A stretch of 63,793 nucleotides of DNA, filler included, from Dugesia japonica (lineage: Eukaryota), in assembly GCA_001938525.1 (NCBI GenBank). It is 5 parts of 5 records of this genome, joined end to end, with 100 filler letters (N's around TTAATTAATTAA, not from the genome) between each part and the next. Parts side by side here need not be neighbours in the genome. Positions count along the whole stretch, not along the records: positions 29,756 to 45,441 come from MQRL01615748.1; 4 more parts are not named here. One strand, 5' to 3'. Under the pieces are notes generated by a model, which was not told the DNA's origin, searched no databases, and was given only the letters and a program-made list of their open reading frames with translations. The stretch's first letter is position 1. The number at the start of each line of letters is the position of its first letter. A program made the translations under genes and the position numbers. This document shows positions 37,088 through 45,541 of the stretch, in pieces.

Positions 37088-38547
37088 TTATCCCGCCCGT
37101 TTTTTCCGACATTTGTCTCTGAATTCGAGCCAGGCTGGCTCATATCGGTCACGCGTAAAATATAACACATGAATATAGTGGTTGTAATTAAAACTCCACT
37201 CTTGGTTGGCTTCGAATAATCCTGAATTATGGTTGATGGTAAGAAGTATGTCCTCATCCCTCACAACACCCCACGGTTCTTGGTTGTATTGGAAAATTTG
37301 AACTTGCTGTTTCTTATTACCTTTGATCTTGATGTCTAGAGACCAGGCGAATCTATAAATATCCAATCTATTTTCTTGAATTGCTCTAATCTCCTGCATT
37401 AACTCAGGTGTGAACGGCATTTCAAACAGGACATTGCCCTTGAGGTCCATCATTCCAATTACTACTATCTCGTCCTCGACTTTGTCATTATCTTTTGTGC
37501 CGCCCTCAAGAATCCCACAAAAGTTCAACGTTTCTGCTTCCTTTAGCGTTTTAGTTTTCGTTTCTGGTTCCGTAATTACATCCCTTTTTTTCAATTGTTT
37601 GCTTCGTTCTTCTTTCCACATCTCCACTTGACTTCGGCGCTTGCTCAAATTCTGTTCTTGTCCTTGTTTTGCTCATTGCCGCAGCGCTTGTAGGTACAAG
37701 TTTTTCATCGCTTCACTCTCTTCTACCAATAATGGTTGTGGATAAACATCTGCTATTCTCTGGTACTCGATTACCATATCTTCACTTCTTCTTAATCGTT
37801 CTTCGCACACTTGTTCGGTAAGTGATTTTTCTTCGTAAGATTCCTCCAGTTTTAGATATTCCTCTAGCTTTTTGTAGAGCGCACCATATTCTCTTTTATA
37901 TTCTCGTTCATGATACTTTTGGAGTTCTAGATCTGTGGGCCATTTCTCCATTCTATCCCCATTTCGTATCATGGATAACTTTTCTCCTGGACGTTCTGCA
38001 CCCCATTTGGGTTTTTTCCCTTGATAATACGCTTGCATTTCCAAATTTTTCTCTTTAGGTAGGTTCGTTCCACGACTCAATACTGTTTCTACTGTTAATA
38101 ATATGACCGTTTCTATTTCCTTATTTTTCTCCTTTCTTTTTTGCTCCTCTTCTGACGTTGGCCACTCTTAGGATTTCTTTTTCTCGATCGTTACTGGTAT
38201 TTCCGTCTTTCTTTCCTCTTTATGTTCCTCGATCCATTTTGATAACATCTTTCTCCGTACGCTTTAATCTTTTCTAGTATGGCTGTTTGCATCTCCACTT
38301 TATCTATAAAATACGCTCTCATCATAGTTATTGTCTCTGCAATAAATTGTACCGTCTCTGCCATCCTTTTGGCTTGCTCTGCTTTATATTCCGCATCATT
38401 TAGTTGTTCTTCATACTTTTCTTGACGCTTACTGTGGGCTTCCCACATAGTTTTTAATTTTTGTTTATTCTCCTCGGAGATAGTAAATTGAAAGTTTTGT
38501 CTCTTTAAATCGCAGTATGTTCTATTGCTCTCTCGCATCTCTTTCAT
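37088..38547 (-). pseudogene. Decayed large coiled-coil/charged protein (ORFs 38191-38547, 37673-38080 and 37088-37648 joined)
   Basis: The 37673 and 37648 ORFs are in frame and separated by one TGA (ALRQ*AKQGQEQNLSKRR). A frameshift near 38230 restores KWIEEHKEERKTEIPVTIEKKKS*EWPTSEEEQK, which echoes EKWPTDLELQK. Confidence 0.55.
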
Positions 38548-38629
38548 TATTTGTTTTTTTCAATAAATTTTTTGTGAATTCTCCGTATACGCTCATTGAA
38601 CAACAACTCAGGCCAATCACTCCCCCCGT

Positions 38630-39662
38630 TTAAAAATCGACGGCTTCGTCGATGCTTTGCATCTGAATGTTAGTTCCACTGCACCGTTCTTTTGGTGCTA
38701 TTGGTGTCAACGATTCTCCTTTAACTGGTATGGTTTGGCCTAGCTTTAACCATTTCTTGGCCTCATATAACACATTCATTGCCTCTTGCAATTGACCGCG
38801 CATATCGATTGCGCATTCCAAACACAATTCTTTGTATACCGTTTCTAGTATTGGCAACTCCAGTTGGACTTCTTCAAACATTGTGGCTGGTAGTATTATT
38901 TCGTTCGCCATTTCATCCAATCTAACTGATATACCATCGTCTTCCTGATCCAAATCCACTTCTTTGGTTTCAGTGGTATTTCCGACTCTGACGTTGTCGC
39001 TGGTTCCATTTAGGTGATCTCAATTTCTTCATCACTCAAACGATCTTCAAGATTCCAAATCTGCTCGATAATCTCATCCTCGGTGGTATTGTATGTTGTT
39101 GACTCCTTGATTGATGATTTTCTCGTCCGTCTTCTTGATTTGGCAACTACTTCACTCATGTTACCTAGTGTCATTGGTTGTACAAATGATTTTATCGATG
39201 TCTGACTTGATTCTAGTCCGGATTGCAATTTATTTTTAATTTCATCGGCTGATAATTTTCGTCTGATCAATCGTTTACTACCTTCCGGTTTGATATACAT
39301 TTTATTTTCTACCTTTTGTCAGATATTCAACGTTCCGATGATATCGTTATTTATTAATCCCGATTATTCAATAGTAGTACATATGGCGGCTTGAATGGAA
39401 TTTTGGATTTCATCTGCTCTACTGTCCCGTAAGCCAAATCCGAGATTCTCGATTCATGACCATCTGGTTCTACGATTCTGAAGCTAAATCTAAGTGGTAA
39501 TACTTCATCTTATTCGCATTTTCTCCATCTTGATATCAGCAGTTTAAATTGTTTCGGTCTCCATTTGCATTCCTCTTTACATCTGGATATTTCATAGGTC
39601 AATGATCTCAACTCCTCGATGGACAAATCACTCTGCAATAATTGATCCGCTATATGCTCCAT
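38630..39662 (-). pseudogene. Decayed protein with a ubiquitin-like domain followed by basic and acidic regions
   Basis: From ATG 39662: MEHIADQLL...CE*DEVLPLRFSFRIVEPDGHESRISDLAYGTVEQMKSKIPFKPPYVLLLNNR/LINNDIIGTLNI*QKVENKMYIKP runs into ORF 39010-39300. A frameshift near 39020 leads to DHLNGTSDNV...VDLDQEDD (ORF 38630-38959). Confidence 0.55.
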
Positions 39663-39673
39663 GCTTGTTTTGT

Positions 39674-41002
39674 TTATACTTTTTCTTGAATTTTGGATAT
39701 AAATTGATCTACCAGATCGGCGGAATCTCCACTACACTTTTTTGATTTACCGGACATTACGGCTACCATTTCTTGTGATCGACTAAACTCTTGATTTGAT
39801 TTGTATTGTCGATGTAATCTCGGTCTCTGCTGTATTACTGCTACCGTTTCTCGATTTGCTAATTCAATTTCCTCATGATGTAGTTTCAATCCCCATGGCA
39901 ACTTGGAATTGATATTATCGACATAATATTGTATTGTCTTTCTACACAAATTCTCACTAATTGACTTTAACATATACGGGTTTCTCTCATTTTCTCTACT
40001 TGCGATAATATAAACATTCATCATATGGCCTGGCCATATACCTGATCTCTTTACGGGATATTCATCGTGACTCTCAGTGATCTCTCCTCCACAATAAACT
40101 ACAATATCCTCTCGTTTGGTTATTGGTGTACTCTCTTTTCCTTTCACCGTTTGTTTATTCAAATGTTGGATAATTTTCTTTATTAATTTATCCCAACTTG
40201 TCGTCGTTTTAATATCGAAATCTTTACTTGATTCATCCGGAAAATCTACGGTTCTCTGCACATCTTGTTTTGATATGCTATCTGCATGAGTTATCGTTAA
40301 CGTATGTATAAGCGTGTACAACGTTTTCCCTCCTATCATACACAATTGATTCAATCTGTTTTTTATCTCTTGAATATTCAATTCTGTCATTTGATTGTAA
40401 TTCTCGTAAATTGTTAACGCCATCTTTGCCGTAGTCGGTTTCAAACTCTTCCATGGTTCACTCTCATTTTCCGCTTCTGCAATCCGCTCGATCTTCTCGT
40501 CAGTGACGATTCTCAAATATTCCATTTTATCTATTTCGTCTACATACACATTTCTCATTTTTGTTCTAATTTGACTAATTGACTGTAATTCAAACTTTTT
40601 CGGTTTTCCGTCATCTAATTCCAACGTTAATTCAGTAATCTCTCCTGGTCTCAATTGAAACTCAATCACATGTTGATCCCCTTTATTCAACTTATCCCTT
40701 TGTATAATAATATATACACACATAATTCGATACTTCTCAAATGTTTTCTCTAAAGGTAATTTACTCAATATTGCTCGCAACTCACCCACTCTGGTGGTTT
40801 GAAGTTTCTCAACTATTTTCGTCTGCATGGTCATGCAAAAATTATCATCCATCGTAGAATAATGGATTTTTACCCAAAAATCCGATCCTACTGTTGTTAT
40901 TACTATCATCTCCTGATACTCTTTAATTAATTCAGACCAATTCCTCCGTTGTTCCCATAGTATATCATAATGATAGTGTGCATCCCAGACTAAATTCAGC
41001 AT
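39674..41002 (-). CDS. 442-aa protein with at least two putative ubiquitin-like (beta-grasp) domains
   Basis: Intact ORF. Residues ~65-128 (TTRVGELRAILSKLPLEKTFEKYRIMC...DQHVIEFQLRPGEITELTL) are paralogous to the Ubl-like units at 41445 and 42250. Residues ~250-325 (TVDFPDESSKDFDIKTTTSWDKLIKKI...DIVVYCGGEITESHDEYPVKRSGIWPGHMMNVYII) follow ubiquitin spacing. Confidence 0.65.
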   Translation of the reverse strand: MLNLVWDAHYHYDILWEQRRNWSELIKEYQEMIVITTVGSDFWVKIHYSTMDDNFCMTMQTKIVEKLQTTRVGELRAILSKLPLEKTFEKYRIMCVYIIIQRDKLNKGDQHVIEFQLRPGEITELTLELDDGKPKKFELQSISQIRTKMRNVYVDEIDKMEYLRIVTDEKIERIAEAENESEPWKSLKPTTAKMALTIYENYNQMTELNIQEIKNRLNQLCMIGGKTLYTLIHTLTITHADSISKQDVQRTVDFPDESSKDFDIKTTTSWDKLIKKIIQHLNKQTVKGKESTPITKREDIVVYCGGEITESHDEYPVKRSGIWPGHMMNVYIIASRENERNPYMLKSISENLCRKTIQYYVDNINSKLPWGLKLHHEEIELANRETVAVIQQRPRLHRQYKSNQEFSRSQEMVAVMSGKSKKCSGDSADLVDQFISKIQEKV

Positions 41003-41008
41003 TCTTCA

Positions 41009-42057
41009 TTACGTTTGTTTCTGAATTAATTCCTTTCTCTCCAATGTGATACCCATGTATTTGTTTATTGCAGCTAAGTTATGATAGAAGTCCTCATTAC
41101 TGTCCTCGTTGTCAGTAGCTGATGTTTCACTCGGCTTATTCACACTTCGTTCTCCAACATTATTTGATTGTTTACCACTCTTTTTACCTCTATTTATTAT
41201 TTTACTCGAAAATGATCTCGAAAACTTTTCATCATTAACTTCTTTAGTAGATTTAATAACAACGCTCGGTATTTCAACTTTTGGTAATTCACTTGACTGG
41301 ATTTCCAGTGGTGCCCTCTTCTCTGATATCGGCGCGAGATATTTGATTTGGCATTTATTCAACGAAATCATTATATTTTTAGTTGTTCTAAAGTAGAAAT
41401 AGGCCAAATTAGTTCGTTATATAAACGCATTCTCCGACTCTCCAACAACGTAATTACCAAAGTAGTTCCAGATTTTAGACCATATTCATAAATATGGGCA
41501 CTTACATCATTGATGCTAACTACTGACACCGGTGTACAAACAATATAATCGCCTATGGGTTTTGCCCACTCAACCTCCTCCAACGCATTGAGTAAATCTT
41601 TTACAATCGTTCCTTTCAGTTTTAACACTCATGGGATTTTTTACTTGGTCGCCATTGGTACTTTCTTCAAAACCTGATCCATCGTAATGTATGCAGTTCT
41701 ATCTTCATCCGGTCTCCAGGCTTCCATTGCTTTGAATTTAAAATCCTCCACGGTTGTATTTTCTATAAACGTTTTCTCATACTCAAGAATTATTGGTCTC
41801 CACCTTTGATTGATCATCGTACCCATATGTCCTGGCTCCGCTAATTCAACCAAATGATACATTAATTTCCAATAAACCTTTCTGGTTAATTCATCTTTCA
41901 ATAATTTAGCATCCATTATGACTGTTTCTACATAAATATACACTCTTGTTTTGTATCTAATCGGTGCATTTGATCGCGCTGGATTTCTTTTGGTTATCAT
42001 ACTGATTTGAGCCATGGTATTTTCTGTTTTCGATGCTCCTCTTGTTTGTAGAGTCAT
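41009..42057 (-). pseudogene. Ubl-domain gene A2 (three ORF-track pieces joined)
   Basis: 41641-42057 and 41371-41628 are in frame via ATK*KIP*VLKLK; a frameshift near 41410 leads to AYFYFRTTKNIM. Ubl-like core: TIVKDLLNALEEVEWAKPIGDYIVC...AHIYEYGLKSGTTLVI. Confidence 0.65.
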
Positions 42058-42761
42058 TAACTGTCTGATCTCTCCAGAAATCCTTGCTGTAATTTACTTA
42101 TTCCTTTGGTTGTAGTTTTTGACTCCGTTCGTACTAACACCATTTATTTGTGATATTTCTTATCAAATGATTTTACTATTTGCTCGGTTGTTCTGAAATC
42201 AAAATAATACTACAATGGTCGTTTAATACGATGCATTTTTACTAAATCTATTAACTTTATTGTTGTTTTACCTGACCAGACTCCATATTCCGATATATGT
42301 GCTTTAGCATCATCTTTTTCTATCACTTTGGTTCGAGAACACAACACATACTCTTCGATAGGCTTTGGCCATGCCAGTTCATTTACTGCTTGTAATAATC
42401 CACCCACAGTAGTATCCTTTAACAAAATTTTCCTAGGTATCTCTTGATCTTTCAATTCAGTTGAATCTTCATGTGTGACTGGCTTAATCATACTATAATC
42501 ATCGGGTTTCATGTGACTTCGAATTTCCGATTCATATTCTTGCGCCTGAGGAAACCACACTTGACTGGTGTACACATCTAATTCACCTGACTCCATTAAC
42601 TCCAACACATGGTTCATCAGTGCCTAGTATGCTTCTCAGTAGACCACTGCCTTGAATGTTTGAATCATTGTAACTTTATCCTCCACTTGCCTCGTTATCA
42701 CTGCTCTTTTTGCTGTTAGTTTTGCCGGTAGTTCTACCTCCATTGGCTGAGCTCTCATCAT
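42057..42761 (-). pseudogene. Ubl-domain gene A1, tandem paralog of A2
   Basis: One frame from ATG 42761: MMRAQPMEVELPAK...VY*EAY*ALMNHVLELMESG...DTTVGGLLQAVNELAWPKPIEEYVLC...AHISEYGVWSGKTTIKLI...RPL*YYFDFRTTEQIV...SDS*. The final TAA overlaps the A2 start codon (TAATG). Confidence 0.65.
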
Positions 42762-43637
42762 ATTTTATTGTCCTTGATTATTTTCTCGCTTTTGTATTCT
42801 CTCTCTAGCCACATGCTGCTCCTCCAATTGTAATTGTAAATATTCTTGCTCTTGTTTCAACTTGTCAAAAACTCGCTGTTCTGTTTCTTTATCACATTCT
42901 ACTACAATTTTATCGATTTTCAAAATTTCAATTTTTTCAAATAATTATTTATTTCGTAAATCCTATTCAATTCCGACATCATTTCATCAATTAGCCAAAT
43001 TTCTGACTTTTAAATAATCATTTATTTTCATGATTGCTATTTCACACTAATTTAAAGAAACAATTTTATATTTTATCTTTCTCGATTCATTGATCAGCTT
43101 CTTTCCATCATAACCATTGTTTCATTATTTTATTTCATATTCATTTGCTGATTGTGGACTATTAATCCATTTGATACAGATTTTATTTGGAATGATTAGT
43201 AAAATTCCCAGCTGAGCCTCCAAAATAATTGTTGGGTTTTTAGGATTTTAAATAGTTTGAATTTAACATCTGCATTTGTCGACATCGATTATTTTCCTCG
43301 ATATATAAGTCGATTTATTTAGTCTAGGGGCATACCTGAAAACCACAAGCATTTGAGTCACCTCTGTGACATGCCCCTCTTCTCAAGTGTTCAGTGCGAC
43401 TTTGCGGTATCGCGTCTTACGTTTTCTTTTCATGGACCCACATCTCAATCACACTTAATTGCTCAGTATTGATTTTACATAATCAGGTTTGATAAAATTT
43501 AACTGGTCATACATAACCGCGAATAAACATAATAAGAATCAATGACGTTAAGAACTATTTATTCGCCTCTATTCACATGCATCTAACTCCACCAACTTCC
43601 CTTCGCGCGGCTCATCCGTTGGGTTTCGGTACAACAA

Positions 43638-43832
43638 TTACAGTGCCCTCAAATTGTTGAACACCACGGCCTCTCTTGTTGCATTAATTTTGATAATTTC
43701 GGCCATCAACCAGTTGGCTTGCTGCAATGCCAACTCTTTCTCTTTTTGTTGTTGATATTTGCTACTATGCTTGGTAGCCTGGCTTTTCAGATGCAGCACT
43801 TCATTTCTTAGCGCACGACGCTCCTTTTCCAT
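43638..43832 (-). CDS. Short coiled-coil protein, paralog of 31165-31365
   Basis: See 31165. An upstream TTTCAG acceptor at ~43891 suggests a spliced exon. Confidence 0.55.
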   Translation of the reverse strand: MEKERRALRNEVLHLKSQATKHSSKYQQQKEKELALQQANWLMAEIIKINATREAVVFNNLRAL

Positions 43833-44484
43833 TTCTTCTGTAGGGCTATCATTTCTTTTACTGGAGTCTTATTATCTTTTATCGAATTCACTGAAATAAT
43901 CATAATAAATTATTTTAGCATTAATTATTAAACTAAGTAATAGTTGAATTATAAATCAAGAAATTTTTAAATTATTTCAATTATTTACAGCGTTAAATCT
44001 TAAACTATGAAATCGCTTCTTATTAATGCTAATCTGAGAATAAAAGTCGATTGTATACCACAGCATTATTCAAATAAAATTTATTTCACAACCCCGACTC
44101 AATGATGTTTTATCGATTTGATATAAAAAAAGTTGTCCGGTGGTTACCCCGTCTCTTCGTAAATAATCATAAACACAGAGGACTCGTTATATTCCAATAT
44201 GCTCTAATTTACGCATGCATTTCTCATCTTCATTCTTATTTTGGTTTATTTAATTAACGAAAAAGTTCTATTTATCTAACAATTAAAATTAAAATTATTC
44301 AAAGATTGCCTCTGCAATCACCGTGACATACATATCACTTTAATCTTTCAAACTAAAATGCAAACAAAACAAATCAACAAAACAACTCTCGTTTGACAAC
44401 GCTACACATTTTATTTACTGTAGTAGGCAGATATGAGCGCACCAAACCAGGGCCCCCCAAGAGGGTACCCCCACCCCCTTTTTA

Positions 44485-45312
44485 GACTCCACCCCTTTTT
44501 ATCTTTTGGACTCCGCCCCTTTTTATCTTTTTCTCCGCCCACTTTTTTTGACCACGCCCACTTTTAATCTTTTTTGCCTCCCACCTTTTTAACCACGCCA
44601 TTTTTATGTTTTTCTCCGCCCACTTTTTTGGCCACGCCCCTTATTATCTTTTTCTCCGCCCACCTTTTTGACCACGCCCCTTTTATCCTTTTCTCTGCCC
44701 ACTTTTTTGACCACGCCTCTTTTTATCTTTTTCTCCGCCTACTTTTTTAGCCACGCCCCTTTTTATCTTTTTCTCCGCCCACTTTTTTATCTTTTTCGCC
44801 GCCCACTTTTTTTGGCCACGCCCCTTATTATCTTTTTCTCCGCCAACCTTTTTGATCACGCCCCTTTTTATCCTTTTCTCCGCCCACTTTTTTGACCACG
44901 CCCCTTTTTATCTTTTCTCCGCCCACTTTTTTAGCCACGCCCCTTTTTATCTTTTCGCCGCCCACCTTTTTTGGCCACGCCCCTTATTATCTTTTTCTCC
45001 GCCCACCTTTTTGACCACGCCCCTTTTATCCTTTTCTATGCCCACTTTTTTGACCACGCCCCTTTTTATCTTTTTCTCCGCCTACTTTTTTAGCCACGCC
45101 CCTTTTTTATCTTTTTCTCCGCCCACTTTTTTATCTTTTTCGCCGCCCACTTTTTTTGGCCACGCCCCTTATTATCTTTTTCTCCGCCAACCTTTTTGAC
45201 CACGCCACTTTTTATCCTTTTCTCCGCCCACTTTTTAGCCACGCCCCTTTTTATCTTTTCTCTGCCTACTTTTTTTGGCCACGCCCACTTTTTTTTACTC
45301 GCCTACTTTTTG
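44485..45312. repeat. Tandem array of ~40-bp units (CCACGCCCCTTTTTATCTTTTTCTCCGCCCACTTTTTT[GA/GG/AG]) with ~343-bp higher-order periodicity
   Basis: About 20 units are visible. The variant order starting GCCACGCCCCTTATTATC at 44631 recurs at 44974. Confidence 0.95.
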
Positions 45313-45441
45313 ATGACTCATAATTTTTTTCAAAAAATTTTCTATGTCAGAACAAAGTTACTTTGTGTTATTTACATAGTAACGCTGTATAATACGTATT
45401 ATAAGGATTATGAGTGTAATATTTACATAGTAACTCTGTAT

Positions 45442-45541
45442 NNNNNNNNNNNNNNNNNNNNNNNNNNNNNNNNNNNNNNNNNNNNTTAATTAATTAANNN
45501 NNNNNNNNNNNNNNNNNNNNNNNNNNNNNNNNNNNNNNNNN
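45442..45541. other. Artificial scaffolding linker (right boundary of the island block)
   Basis: N44-TTAATTAATTAA-N44. Confidence 0.9.

Larger units (their letters stand above)
29756..45441. mobile_element. Gene-dense island, probably part of an unidentified large mobile element or endogenous virus
   Basis: Raised GC, tiled same-strand ORFs at 34.2-43.8 kb, internal paralogy, A-rich coding strand and a terminal tandem array. No recognisable host housekeeping gene and no recognisable replicase. Confidence 0.6.

Noticed and set aside
36447-41396. Plus-strand ORFs in the island (36447, 37410, 37822, 39014, 41109) and alternate-frame minus ORFs (36492, 36891, 37051)
   Set aside because: These are antisense or off-frame shadows of the main minus-strand coding frames.
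36108-42761. Endogenised nidovirus-like RNA virus (Ubl domains, Thr-rich region, TM)
   Set aside because: No RdRp, helicase or protease motifs were seen, and the neighbouring genes appear to have spliceosomal introns. Not supportable from this window.
43263-43445. Cystine-knot growth-factor-like C-terminus (..RKIIDVDKCRC*) on the minus strand
   Set aside because: The other knot cysteines and a signal peptide are missing, and there is an internal stop. Synonymous changes versus the 31.5-kb paralog point to a different frame (ENVRRDTA).
44485-45312. Possible CRISPR array, or coding ORFs (44668, 44852, 45196)
   Set aside because: There are no unique spacers and no cas genes, and the context is eukaryotic. 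The ORFs are stop-free translations of a pyrimidine-rich tandem repeat.
29756-45441. Canonical Maverick/Polinton
   Set aside because: No pPolB, rve integrase, packaging ATPase (Walker A), adenain protease or capsid motif was recognised, and no TIR pair is visible.
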